A stretch of 64,000 nt of DNA, taken from the NCBI GenBank assembly GCA_951406725.2, contig OX597833.1:43214001-43278000 (forward strand). Reading direction: 5' to 3'. Under the pieces are notes generated by a model, which searched no databases, had not been told where the DNA came from, and saw only the letters and a program-made list of their open reading frames with translations. A program made the position numbers and the translations under genes. Shown in pieces: positions 40,640 through 54,814 of this stretch (the stretch's first letter is position 1; every line of letters starts with the position of its first letter). The DNA comes from Octopus vulgaris (taxonomy: Eukaryota).

Positions 40640-43000
40640 CATTGAGCCCACAATGATTTACTTTTACCACAGCCCACATTTAATCTTCTTAAGTAAGTTC
40701 ATTCCTGTAAATCAGTAAATTCGTGGACTGCTAAAATGATAACGCTTTGAGAAACTTAAGGAAGAGGGTCTACAAAGGACAGAAGTAAAACAACACAGTG
40801 AACTGAAGAAAGGAAAGTATCTCGACAGGGCTGTATATGTATTGGCAGGAAACAAGCTTCATTTGCAGGAAACAGTTGATTCATTTAGGAGTGGACGAAT
40901 AACACTATTTGGATCGAACCAGACAAGAGACTGCAGCAAGGAATAACAACAAAGTGATATCTAAGGTGAAGGGGTGATTAAACACTGTACCATTGCTCGA
41001 GTGGAAATAGTAGCCACATGAACCGTAAATTAGATGATGGATGTTTACTCCTATGATCCACCAAAGCACTACGACAGAGGTCAGCAAATCTTTAAAATGA
41101 ACAAACACTGTTAGCATTGTGATGTTAAGAAGTAACCTGTGCAATCTACCCTCTTCGCTGCTTAGGTGGCAAAGTCAAGCACTCAACAGTAGAAGAGATC
41201 CCTGAAATTCACAAAAATCTGTCCCTGCTGAAGACTATTCCTGTAAAAACCTAAAACACAATTGGGCATTTCGTGTTGTAGGAACACATCTTTCGATTCT
41301 GTACAACTTATAAAGCCCAGGAGCAGTGCTGTTACTTAAGGGGTGGTCTTCTACTACCATATCAGAAGACTTACAAGTTCGTGCAGGTTTACTTCATGGA
41401 TGACAATGAGAGAATCTATGAAGATGCATTAATATCTATTTCTTTACTACCCACACGGGGCTAAACACAGAGAGGACAAACAAGGACAGACAAACGGATT
41501 AAGTCGATTATATCGACCCCAGTGCGTAACTGGCATTTATTTAATCGATCCCGAAAAGATGAAAGGCAAAGTCAACCTCGGCGGAATTTGAACTCAGAAC
41601 GTAGCGGCAGACGAAATACCGCTAAGCATTTCGCCCGGCGTGCTAACGATTCTGCCAGCTCGCCGCCCTAATAGATGCATTAATATCAATGGTGGATTTC
41701 TGCTGTAGATAGTTATGAAATTAAACAGCAGAACTCATAAGCGGCATCAACAGCCTCAAATCATCATCAGAGATTACAAATAACCAACTGCAAAGCATGA
41801 ATGCAAGCACAACGCACCTCTTAACGGTGAAACTGCAATCTTAATGGGTGATGAAGAGCACAGTTTACGTGATATTGCTTAGCAAAAAAAAAGTGGCTAT
41901 TCGGAGAAAATATTTGAAACTCATAGAGCCAATGATTCACTCGATAACTTCTCATCTGGAATAGTCAAAATTTTCAGCTACGACAAATTGACATAAAATT
42001 ACAAGAAACCAGCCAAGTAATCAGTTGTAAAGAATTCATGGTACAGAACCGAATCAATCAAATTCCATAATTTTAAAAAGATACCATTCAGTTCATTGTA
42101 AACATGTATACTAAAACAGACAGAAAAGTTTGATTACTTATGAAGAAACCAATAGAAGTTAAGACCGGAAGATAATATTCACCTTTGCGATGCCATCATT
42201 TTGGTGATAACCCCAAAATATGACAATATGCGTTTAATTGGAAGAAATGCCATTGTCCTTGTTGGTGATTTCGGGCAAATTTTGCCTGTGTAATTCCTTC
42301 AGGAACTCGAGACAATCAAACTAATTATTGTCTGAAAACCTCTTATCTCTGGCCTCATGTTCAGTGACTCAGTCTTGTCACCAATGTACGAGTGCGTTCG
42401 ACAAGTAGTAATATCGTTGGTGAAACTGCCACCCAGTTATTCAAAGCGCAAAGCGGACTCCATGAAAGAGACTCCAATGACGTCTTTCAACTGTCTTTCA
42501 GCCGCATCACGGAAAAAGAACAAGAACTGAATGCAGGAGATTTTAATTCTATTCACATCAGACAATATTATGATTTTAGCTAGCTCTCAAGAACGAACAA
42601 CTCTCGCTCTGAAATGTGTCACCGTGAGAGAAATCAACAGACAGCTAATGGATATGCAACCGAAGAGAAAAGATGCAACAATTAAATAGAAAATTTACAG
42701 GATAAGTTGTAAATTATACAATCGAAATTCCGAACAATCCCAAATCAGCAGGAAATATCCACGTGATCGTTTAAGCTACTCTATAATTTGGATTTTCCAA
42801 AATTTTGTTCGCTTGCAAAAATATTGTCTCACGTCCCGAACGTTACATTTCTGAAATGAAAATTTGCTGGTGGCAGTTTTTACAATCCCAGAACACCACT
42901 GAAGCAATCTGATCGGCTATTTGAATTGGAAAAGCTTCCATTTCCTCTCAAGGTTTGCTGTTGATGAAGCTCAAATCCGGATTTGTGCTTCTTTGTAGTG
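40640..43000 (+). pseudogene. Decayed Helitron RepHel (PIF1-type helicase) remnant
   Basis: AIVLVGDFGQILPV..PSG...CLKTSYLWPHV..LVTNVR near 42250-42395 (PIF1 motif III region) and PRTPLKQSDRLFELEKLPFPLKVC near 42890-42960. Confidence 0.7.
41437..41672 (-). mobile_element. SINE family B with 15-bp TSD
   Basis: TSD AGATGCATTAATATC at 41422-41436 and 41673-41687. Confidence 0.93.
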
Positions 43001-43278
43001 ATTTTTTCGTCTGCCGCTGGTAGTGTTTTTAAACAATATACAAGCATAAGAGATGCTTTCTCATGACAAATGTTAATACCACTGTTTAGAAGGCTTTCAA
43101 CAGTATATATGCTTTGAATATGATATACAGATTGCTAATTTGAACTAATACGCCTTGACCTAATAACGAATATGTATATATGTGTGTGTATGTATGTATG
43201 CATGTGTGTATGTATGTATGTAGGTATGTATGCATGCATGCATGTTCATAGTCAATAATTGTTTTCATTATTAACCTT

Positions 43279-43442
43279 ATTTACATTATTTACATTCGAC
43301 GGATATTTATCCTCATCTTGTTTGTTGTTAACACAAAGTTTCGGCTGATATATCCTCCAGCCTTCTCAGGTATCGTGGTGAAATTTTGAACCTGGGTTCT
43401 CATTCCTAAGGTATTTTTCGATGTTATTAGTATTATTATTTA

Positions 43443-43500
<58 letters not shown>

Positions 43501-43530
43501 ATTGTTCAGGTCGGTGCTTGGCAAATCATA
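43279..43530 (-). mobile_element. Single-arm copy of the tRNA-head/hammerhead element
   Basis: Collinear with the left arm of 47277-47540, including the (TTA)n linker. The hammerhead core reads CTGAGA instead of CTGATGA. Confidence 0.85.
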
Positions 43531-44664
43531 CTGAAAATCGAGATCGAGCGAGCTTTTGCCCTTTTGCTCGACTTGTGGTTTCCGTCCACGATGTTAATTC
43601 ACTTTTAGACTTTCATTCTGTGCTAAGTACTCGTTTAATGCACAAGTAATATTCTTATCTGGTTTTCTCTTTCATTCTTCAAGTCTTGTATCATATCTTC
43701 TCCATTTATTCATATACATTTATAAACTTGTTTTTACTCTAATTCTTTAAATTCAATATATTTATATATCAGTAGATTAAATGTCTTTATAAACTTTTCT
43801 CTCTGTAGGGCGTCCTTTGCACATTTTTTTACTCACATTTTCACACAGAAATCTTTGATAAACACTACGCTACTTCACTAGTTGCCATCTGTTACGAAGC
43901 TTTCTGTGTCATACAGAGAAAAAGCAAAGATATTTACACTAGAGTCGATAAAATAAGTACCAATCAAATTACTGATATCAATTCAATTGTTTGCAATTCC
44001 ACCACTTTTAGCCAATGAAAGAAATTATTTTTATTCATATTTTTATTGTTCATGGTTTGAAAGATAAAACATTAATAGCTTTCTTTTTTGCTTACATCAC
44101 ATGGAATTAGACATATCCTTGAAAACATGCAAAAAATATCCAAGCTTATGAAATGTATGAGAATGCTCAAATGATATTTACAGTCACTAGTAAAGTTATT
44201 TTCTGGGACGCACATATGTCTATTCTTATCGGCAACCAGTTGTTGTATTTACACTTGAAGGTTCATATAAGTGCCACAGAATATAAAGATCGTTTCGTTA
44301 AAAAGTTAAAGCTGGGTGGCCAGTTTTGCTAATGGAATATGAAGTATTGTACCCCAAGACAGATAAGATATGAAACATTTGATATTTGTGCTATAGAAAA
44401 AAATTGTATTCCATCTATTGCACCAAAACGATGTTATCTTCCTGCATGGCAAATGTAGCTTGTGTTACTTGATTTAATGTTGATTAGTTCAATCAAACCA
44501 GAGTTAGCTCTTTATTTCAAATATTCGCTTTACAAAAATACGGGCCGAAGAAAATAAATCTTTAGTGTTGTTTATTTCAGTCCTCAGAAACACTATGTAC
44601 ATTGTACTATATATATAAATCAGGTACAATACACTACACATAAATACACACACATACACATATA

Positions 44665-44947
44665 GGGACTCCCTTCGGTCATGAATGACCATGGGCTTGC
44701 TACCAGAAAGTTACCCTCCGAAGCGCAAATCTGGGCAAGGTTATTTATGGAAGAACAGCAGTCGCCCATGCCTAGCAGTCTCCACTCTCCACGCCACCAA
44801 TGTTATACAAGGGAAAGGCAAAGGCCGACACAGCTTGGTACCAGTGCTGAGTGAAACCAGAAATAAAGTGTCTTCCTCAAGAACACAGCACACAGCCCTA
44901 CCTCATGATTGTGATCCAGACGCTCTAACCACTGATCCATGCGCCTT
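44665..44947 (-). mobile_element. SINE family C (tail type 3)
   Basis: Similar to 7132-7420. Confidence 0.75.
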
Positions 44948-44959
44948 CATGCATATATA

Positions 44960-45893
44960 TATATGGACCAAACAAGAAAATCCAGCGGATTGAGATCGGG
45001 GCTTCCTGGGGGCCATATATCGTTACCTTTGAACGACGGAATATTTTCTTTTCTGAATCCACTCTGGTGTCTGTTTGGAGTTAAAGGATGTTGCCGTGTC
45101 CTGCTGGAGGCTTCAAGGTGCGCCTTGAATGTGCTCATTTTCCCATGGAAGCAGTTCAGCTTCCAGAATGTCACTAGGTGTTAATTTTAACATTCGAGAG
45201 CACAAAAATGAGGGGAAACCTTCCAGTGGCTATCATAACCGCCCAACCATAACTGACGGTAGACTTTGACGTCGACGGAGTCAGATACACTCCAAAGTCG
45301 GTCATTCTGATGGTATACTGTCTGTTAGATGCCAAATTTCTTCTCATCGGTTGGGTAGCATACCTTCATCTATCTGATGCAGGTAAGGACGACTTTTCTC
45401 CAGTCTCATGGCCTTATGAATTTGTGATCAGCTCATGACGACGGATCATTCTGTGATCGTTCTTCAGCACTCGATACATCGGCGTTCGGTTTATTTTTGT
45501 TGCGGCAGCTAGTTTCCTGACCTGACGGCGAAGATATCGTTGTACCTTTTCTCTGGTACTTTTGGTCACTTGAGGAGTCCGCACACTTCCTCATCGGCCT
45601 CGTCAAGTTCGAGCTGTGGTGGAACCAGTCACTTGAAATTTTTTGACAATTTTCCAGATCGATGCTTGGTTAATTCTAATCTCTTTTGGTACAGCTGTAT
45701 TGCTTTGGCCTCATTGTGGAGGGTTACGACTTTGGTGTATAGCCATTATGTCATTTATAAATCTGAATTTATTTAGTCTGAAACAAAAAGAAGGCACATT
45801 AAGCTTTTGTTTTGATGTATAATTTTTATATATTATCACATTCATTGATAGTTATTACAGCCAGAAACTTCGGCTGCTTTAGTTTCGTGACAT

Positions 45894-45895
<2 letters not shown>
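44960..45895 (-). mobile_element. Decayed Tc1/mariner-superfamily element (maT/DD37D-like)
   Basis: Peptides WPPGSPDLNPLDFLVWS, TDEKKF....HQNDRLW and MVWAVM. Confidence 0.75.
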
Positions 45896-45929
<34 letters not shown>

Positions 45930-45981
45930 GTATGTGTGTGTGTATATATAGATACACACACACGCACACACACATATATAT

Positions 45982-46076
<95 letters not shown>

Positions 46077-46303
46077 TATATATATATGTATACATATATA
46101 TATTATTGACTGTTATGAAAATTTAAACTTGTCAACATTGAAACTTTTAAGCATGTTTTTCTAATTCATAATTCTAAATTTTTACTATCGATAAACAAAA
46201 AGTATTGTTGAAAATAGTTTGGTATATATATATAAATAAATTTATTTTAAACAATTGCAATTTTTCAACAACAAATTTGCCTATATATATATATATATAT
46301 ATA

Positions 46304-46630
46304 ACATTATATAAAAGGGCTTAGTAAAATAAATTACTTTGCCGCATACTGAACTCATTAGAAATAGCAGCCAAAAAACTTTTTTAAAACTATTTCTAAT
46401 ACTTAAAGAAAATCTCTCTCATATATAGCGTTTTCTGTAAGTATTAGAAATAGCTTTAAAAAAGTTTTTTGGCTGCTATTTCTAATGAGTTCAGTATGCG
46501 GCAAAGTAATTTATTTTACTAAGCCCTTTTATATAATGTAATAATTTGAATTCGCCTTAAATGGTCCCTTTGCATACTGAACACTTGGTGAAATTGATTA
46601 ATAATTAATTAATTTTACCCTCAATTGTTG

Positions 46631-46632
<2 letters not shown>
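46304..46632 (+). mobile_element. Hairpin-plus-tail element between (TA)n tracts
   Basis: 109-bp arms (46304-46412 / 46431-46539) with 2 mismatches, then a unique tail to 46632. (TA)n lies on both sides. Confidence 0.8.
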
Positions 46633-46682
<50 letters not shown>

Positions 46683-47327
46683 AACATATATACCAGGAAA
46701 CAAGTTGCTAAAAATCATTAATCGTATTAAACGAATATTTAAAACAAGCTGATTAACGCAGACCTTATGCAGAGGAATTTTGCGCCAGCGCCTTCACAAC
46801 CTTCAGCTTTTAAAACTGACTTAGCAGGTTTATATTATGTGTGTATGAAAAACTGAAGACAAAAAACCTCTTCCAATTGGCTGTCGGCGCTTTCGCTGCA
46901 TTCAAACAACTCCTCTGATCCATTCCCTCCAACATTTTTCCTGTAGAAACTGACATGTTCTAGGTAGATGTCAACCAAACCAACGTCGTAAATCTTGGGC
47001 GGCTAGCAAATACGAAGGGCTTTTTACTTTTGCTTCTGCTATTTTACCAAGGACGTTTTAAATTGAGGTTGAAATCTAAACCAGCTTATGGAAGTTTTTT
47101 CTACTTTTCTACTGTTATTTCGATACTTTGAAGATTCTTTTCTAAACTTTAATTTCCACTTATGTATTCCATGTTAATGTGTTCTAACTTTTGTAATGAT
47201 ACTTTGTGACTTTAATACTGAATTTCCTGTTGCTGTGCAGATACAAACGTATAGATAATCGTTTAACCACGATGATATTTACATTATTTACATTTGACGG
47301 ATATTTGTCCTCATCTTGTTTGTTGTT

Positions 47328-47373
47328 AACACAACGTTTCGGCTGATATAACTTCCAGCCTTCATCAGGTGTC
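47328..47373 (-). ncRNA. Minimal type I hammerhead ribozyme motif
   Basis: GACAC-CTGATGA-A-GGCTG(loop)CAGCC-GAAA-CGTT-GTGTT: stem I GACAC/GTGTT, stem II GGCTG/CAGCC, palindromic AACGTT in place of stem III. Confidence 0.75.
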
Positions 47374-47421
47374 TTGGGAGAAATTTCGAACCTGGGTTTT
47401 CATTCCTAAGGTATTTTTCGA

Positions 47422-47467
<46 letters not shown>

Positions 47468-47622
47468 ATTATTATTATTATTATTATTATCATCATCATC
47501 ATCATCATCATCCACTGCGTGGAATCGAAATCAGAATCTTAGAGTAGTGGTTAAGAGTGCGAACCACAACAAGATTCTGATTTCGATTCCACGCAGTGAC
47601 CTGAATAATAATAATAATGATG

Positions 47623-47670
<48 letters not shown>

Positions 47671-47717
47671 TCGAAAAATACCTTAGGAATGAGGACCCAG
47701 GATTGAAATTTCCCCAA

Positions 47718-47763
47718 GACACCTGATGAAGGCTGAATGGTATATCAGCCGAAACATTGTGAA
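47718..47763 (+). ncRNA. Minimal hammerhead ribozyme motif (mirror copy, partly degenerate)
   Basis: CTGATGA at 47723-47729, GGCTG/CAGCC stem, GAAAC at 47751-47755. The 3' strand of stem I is mutated. Confidence 0.65.
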
Positions 47764-48185
47764 AACAACAAACAAGATGAGGACAAATATCCGTCAAATG
47801 TAAATAATGTAAATTATGTATATAATTCCTCATCTCTTAAATATAGAACTGTAATACGATGGTATTATCAAACACTATATATCCATTTAGTCTTTATGTT
47901 TTGCTTTCAACTCCCGCCGAGGGATTTCTTGTGCCTTCAGAAACAATATTTGGTGCGCTTAGAAAAATCGGTAGAACGTCGGATTAAAGAATACCGCCTC
48001 ATTGCAGGTCAATATTCTCTCAGGGGTCCATCAAACGAAGTCTGTTTAATCGCCGAACACGCCCCCTCAACATTGCTGGCCTTACGCTTAAACTAGAAAT
48101 CATTTTTACGCGTGGTTACTGAAAACGGCCCTACTCCTATACGTTTAGCTTAAATTTTCAGTCAGCTTAACATGATTATACATAT

Positions 48186-48405
48186 ACTCTTTTACTCTCT
48201 TTTACTTGTTTCAGTCATTTGACTGTGGCCATGCAGAAGCACCGACTTTAGTCGAGCAAATCGACCCCAGGACTTATCCTTTGTAACCCTAGTACTTATT
48301 CTATCGATCTCTTTTTGCCGAACTGCTAAGTTACGGGGACGCAAACACACCAGCATCGGTTGTCAAGTGATGTTGGAGGGACAAACACAGACACACAAAC
48401 ATATA

Positions 48406-48501
<96 letters not shown>

Positions 48502-48668
48502 CATATATACGACGGGCTTCTTTCAGTTTCCGTCTACCAAATCCACTCACAACGCTATGGTCGGCGCAAGGCTATAGTAGAAGACACTTGCCCAAGGTGC
48601 CACGCAGTGGGACTGAAACCGGAACCATGTGGTTGGTAAGCAAGCTACTTACCATACATCTACTCCTA
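48186..48668 (-). mobile_element. SINE family A
   Basis: Full copy with a (CA)/(TA) interior. Confidence 0.92.
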
Positions 48669-48791
48669 CGACTATGTATGTGTGTATATATATACACACA
48701 CACACACACGTACGCGTGTGTCTACTATCTCAAAGATGCACACATATACATATTCATGTGTGTGTTAGTGTGTGTTTGCATGCATATGTAT

Positions 48792-48839
<48 letters not shown>

Positions 48840-50288
48840 CTGAATATTCAGTTTAAGTTTAAATACTCAATGATAAATTAACTAATACCAGATTGAAATA
48901 AATGCACCTTGTGGAGATGGGGAGTATGTGACACGATCGAATAGAAAATCCTTGAAGGTTGTGCCCCAGCATGAGCGTGCTTTGAGGGATAAAAAAGCCA
49001 TAAAAGAATTTATAACGAACAAATAACGGAATACTCGCAACATAACAAATCGAACGTTGGGATGCAGCGACGTCCATTTTATATCCAGCTAAAGCAAAAC
49101 ATATTTAAAAATAATAAATAAATATACAAACGAAATCAAGTAGCAAGAATACTTGAGACTGAAATGACTATAAGAGATAAGAGAAAAGACGAAAGTAAAA
49201 GAAAAAATAGAGAAAGTTGGTAGAAATAACAGCTTAAGGCATCCTATTTCGTTGGTTATCTGTTAGGAAGGTAGCATATTGGCATGGCTTATTTTCATAA
49301 CCTATTTATCACTACAGGCTTCGGGGGATGTGGATCCATGAGCGTATGTGAATGTTTGCTATTGGGTATGACTGTGTACGCATATGTACGCGTATGCGTG
49401 TGCATGCGTGTGTGTGTATATATATAAATATATGTGTATATGAATTTCTTTCTCTCTCTCTCTCTCTCAGTATATATATACATATACACACACATATAAT
49501 ATATATATATAAGACATATATATGTGTGTGTATATATATATAAATATATACGTATATGAATTTCTCTCTCTCTCAGTATATATATATTTACGTTACCATG
49601 AAGTGAAATGTATATATATATATATATAATACATACATACATGCATGCATGCATACATACATACACACATGCATACATACATACATGCATACATACATGT
49701 ATACATACATACATACATACATACATGCATGCATACATGCATACATACATACATGCATACATACATACATACATACATACATACATACATACATACATAC
49801 ATACATACATACATACATACATACATACATACATACATACATACATACATACATGTGTGTCTTTGTCTGTGTGTGTGTGTGAAAATTATCGTGAGAAAGA
49901 GAGACACCAAGAGGAGATAAATATATAGATATATAGATGTACAAATATATAGATATGCAAGATATATGCACAGATGTTAAACCATCAGAACTTACATTTG
50001 CATGTATACATTTTAAATTTATACGTGTGTGAATGCACATATGTATATGTCTGTGTCAGTTTGTGACATACTGGCAAATGTATTCTATACACGTATAGGT
50101 TTTGTAATATATACAAACATGCATAAACACACACACACACAAACAGACATACACACACATATATAAATATACACATATATATACATGCATTCTTACATAT
50201 ACGGACATGGGCATATAAGAACGTTTGCAAAGATGGATATGCGTTTTTGTGTGTGTGTACATATTCATGTCTCATATAAATGTGTGTG

Positions 50289-50323
<35 letters not shown>

Positions 50324-50328
50324 GTGTT

Positions 50329-50366
<38 letters not shown>

Positions 50367-50824
50367 ACACGCACACGTATAAACGCAAAACGCAACTACA
50401 CAAAGGGCAAAGCACAAATACACTCATATATAGGTTTGCCTGCGTGAGACTACAGGCGTGCTTGTGTGACACATTATGTAGAGCATCTCTCACATCTCTC
50501 AGATAACCAGAAAAGTCGGCCGAGAGCACCACTCCAGCATTTCAGATCTCCACCGCCCCTACCACCATCACCACCACCACCCCCAGCAGCAACAACAACA
50601 ACAACAGCACAACCGCCACACACATATACCTTTGCCAGCGCTACCAAGAACACAACGACAACAAGCCTTACTTCTATTACTACCATTACGACGATGCGAT
50701 AATGAAGCCTATACGTCCTTGCTCGGCTTGCAAGAAACAGCAGCCAGATTTCCCTCAAATGATATATTACAGTCTTGAAAATCAGATAAGAATACTTTGG
50801 GTATGCTTTGTCTAACATCGGTAG

Positions 50825-51245
50825 TTTTATCTTTTACTTGCTTCAGTCATTGGATTAAGGCCATGTTGGAGCACCGCCTTTAGTCGAGCAAATCGACCCC
50901 GGGACTTATTATTTGTAAGCCCAGTACTTATTCTATCGGTCTCTTTTTGCCGAACCGCTAAGTGACGGGGACGTAAACACACCAGCATCGGTTGTCAAGC
51001 AATGCTAGGGGGACAAACACAGACACACAAACACACACACACACACATACACACACACATACATATATATATATATACATATATACGACAGGCTTCTTTC
51101 AGTTTCCATCTACCAAATCCACTCACAAGGCATTGGTCGGCCCGGGGCTATAGCAGAAGACACTTGCCCAAGATGCCACGCAGTGGGACTGAACCCGGAA
51201 CCATGTGGTTGGGTAGCAAGCTACTTACCACACAGCCACTCCTGC
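50825..51245 (-). mobile_element. SINE family A
   Basis: Full copy. Confidence 0.92.
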
Positions 51246-51404
51246 ACTCTCTCGAAGTATTTTATTCGGTGGACGTCTACACAGTGGGTCCTACAAGACT
51301 AATTTGGATGCTTCCAAGTCAGAGTGGCGCACGCAGTGACCAGATAGTCTCAGCCGTAAAGGCTTTCATTTGTCATATGTTGCAGCTATTTCACTTCTTA
51401 GTGG

Positions 51405-51665
51405 AGGCGCGTGGCTTAGTGGTTAGGGTGTCAGCACCGTGATCGTAAGATTGCGGTTTCGATTCCTGGACCGTGCGACGAGTTGTGTTCTTGAGCAAAA
51501 CACTTCATTTCACGTTGCTCCAGTCCACTCAGCTGGCAAAAACGAGTAACGCTGCGATGGACTGGCGTCCCATCCAGCTGGGGAACACTTACGCCATAGA
51601 AACCGGGAAACCGGGCCCATGAGCTTTGGTTAGGCTTTAAAAGGGCGCATTTATTTATTATTTTT
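51405..51665 (+). mobile_element. SINE family C (tail type 2) with TSD
   Basis: Head as in the 25694 copy. TATTTCACTTCTT is duplicated on both sides. Confidence 0.88.
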
Positions 51666-51854
51666 TATTTCACTTCTTGGTGACGTAACAAAAGGAAAAC
51701 GTCGTCACACATGGATCACTTGATTGTAGATACTGGCCTGGGATGTATCCAGAACTACGAGGCTGTGATGACAGACAGAGAAGTGTGGTGGATAGACTTT
51801 GTTGCTGTATCTCGGGTTGGAACCTGGCCATAATAATAATAATAATATTTCCAC

Positions 51855-52000
51855 GCAGTTTCTACCAAATTCACTCACAAGGTACTGATTGTTCTAGGGC
51901 TATAGAAGAAGGCACTTGCCCAAGGCGCTCTGCTGTGAGATTGATCTCGAAACCGCGTGGTTGCAAAACAAGCTTCTTAACAACACAGCCATGCCTGCGC
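51855..52000 (-). mobile_element. SINE family A head, diverged
   Basis: Reverse complement of the family A 5' region. Confidence 0.7.
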
Positions 52001-53389
52001 CAATATGTTGAAGGAAAAATAAATAGATGGAGTGGTCATGACTGGAATTCCTTTCCTCGTAGATCTGCTGAATTAAAACATAATAACAGTTTTTTTCTAC
52101 AAACTGTTTAAAACAGCAGGGACTTAGCATTCTGATTCTTACGCCAGCACCAATGCAATCACAGTCGCCGCCACCACCGCCACCACCAGCGCCGCCCCGC
52201 CACACACTCACTACCACAACTATCACAGCCATCGCCTCCACTACCACCAAAACCACGACCGACGCATCACCACTACCACCGTCAGCACCACCACTACCAG
52301 CACCATCACCATTATCTCCATCACCGCCGCCGCCTCCATTAGCGTCGCCACCACCGCTACGGCTACCACATGGTGCGCATTGCTAATCCAGCACATGATA
52401 AAACACCCGTTAGCCACCCCTATTGTCGAGGTTTTGGGTGTGTCAGTATCAACAACGAAGTACATCACTAATATCAAACTTCTTCAGGCAGCATCCACAG
52501 AGACCTAGGTTATGCTATTTCTTTCTTATTGCAGCAAGATATGTGGGGTACTCACACACTCACACGCGCGCATCCCCACTCCGGTACCACATACGCGCAC
52601 ACACAAAAACACACACACGAATACATATGTGTGTTCATATGCTCTATGTGTGTCTGTATGCATGTACTTGTCTATATATATGTGACTGTACCTCCTTAAC
52701 ATACAAGCTTATGTAATGAGTGTGGTTCCGCGCGTGCGCAGTGCACACGTGAACACACACAAAAACACACATACACAAATAATAATCTAAATGTATGCTA
52801 CTATCTATCTACATTTATACGATATAGTGTATATTTAAACACATAAGGAATCCACTTATAGGGAATTCAACACGCTAGAAAGAACAGCTAGGTTCTCTAA
52901 ACCACAAAAATAACGGAAAAAATTCGACAGGAATAAATTTGGAAATGAAAAACATTTGCCATCTAGTACCCTGGACCAATTGGTTTCTGATCATCTTTTA
53001 GCGAGTCAAGGGGAACTCAGAAGGTCTGATTTTCTTCAGCAAGGTCCAACCTAGCGAAGGACTGCGTCTGCGCAGTAAAATTTGAAAAGTTATCTACATT
53101 TGCGTGCATATGCATATATTAATACATACATATATAAACATATATATGTTCATATATGTATGTATGTATGTATATACTAATATATATGCATCATATGCGT
53201 GTATACAATTTTGGCAAACTAGATCTATCTACCTCAATACAAGCACAAACACTTGCACATATATATATATACAAATATATTATAGATATTTGTATAGCTT
53301 TTCTATATATACATCTATATACATATGTATATCATATATATGTATATATATGTATATATATACATATCGAAAGAGAGAGAGAGAGAGAG

Positions 53390-53457
<68 letters not shown>

Positions 53458-53658
53458 TGCGTGCGCGCGTTAGGTGTGATGTACAGAAATTGAATATTGA
53501 GGAAAAAAATCAGAATTTTTGAAAAGATCTTTTTAATTCTTCATTATTATTAGCGCTTTCGCTCGATTCTCGAACTTGTCAAATAAAATTCTGTGAATGT
53601 ACAAACACCTTGTTCATTTATATAAAGCAATGGAGATGGATAGGTAAAAATATAGGTC

Positions 53659-53721
<63 letters not shown>

Positions 53722-53788
53722 GCAAACACACATATATATGATATATATGTATACACACATATATATCTATATATATGCAATATGTATG

Positions 53789-53819
<31 letters not shown>

Positions 53820-53987
53820 TGTATATATTGTATTATATATCATATATATTATATTATACATATATATTATACATACATGTATATATTTATACATACATAT
53901 ATATATATATGTATATATACACATATCTATGTATGCATATATGTGTGTGCATGTATGTCTATGTATGTATATATATAGATAGACAGA

Positions 53988-54028
<41 letters not shown>

Positions 54029-54814
54029 TATATACTTATATCCATTCATATACATATTTAATAAATATAAGGGTAGCAAAAAATATTTGCATAAATTACC
54101 TGTCAACTTAATTATCAACCTATCTTCATAATTACATATATATACATACTCACGTACATAACTACATACATACGTACAAACACTTACACACGCACATATA
54201 TAACTTCACACATACAAACATCCACACATACATACACATACAAACGCATATACATACGTACACGCACACATACATTCACGCACACCTAGATATGTACAGA
54301 CATACATAGATACATACATAGATACATACAAACACATACATACATGCATACATACATACATACATACATACATGCATGCATACATACATACATACATACA
54401 TACATACACATTCACTTACCCACATACCTAGATACATGCATGCATATTAGGGAGATTATAAAGATGAAATCTAAGACGTGTGCTGAAGGAAAAAAGGTTC
54501 TTTTTTTTCACTCTATTAGGGCTAAGTATATATAAAAAAATTCACTGCTGTGTCAGCATGTTTATTCTATTTCATTTCTTTATTTTTGACTTATTTTACT
54601 TTGGATGTATGGGGGAAGGAATTGTAACGGGTCTACCCAGTACCTTAAACATGAGTCTTAGAAGCCTTTTATTTAAGGGTTGGCTTGCCCCCCCCCCCCC
54701 CCACCATCTCTTTCACGCAAGAAATTAATATCGTTTGTATGAAGTCCTTTAAAGGAAAGACTGAAATACCGCTTGTTTTACACAGATAGAATGATATATA
54801 TATATATTATTTTA

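Larger units (their letters stand above)
47277..47850 (+). mobile_element. Palindromic tRNA-headed element with hammerhead ribozyme tail (candidate Penelope-mobilised SINE)
   Basis: Arms 47277-47540 / 47571-47814. tRNA-like head about 47541-47601, then (TAA)n, a hammerhead motif and a unique tail. Confidence 0.8.

Noticed and set aside
52150-52386. Pro/Thr-rich ORF
   Set aside because: It is degenerate (CCA)n low-complexity sequence with no splice or homology support.
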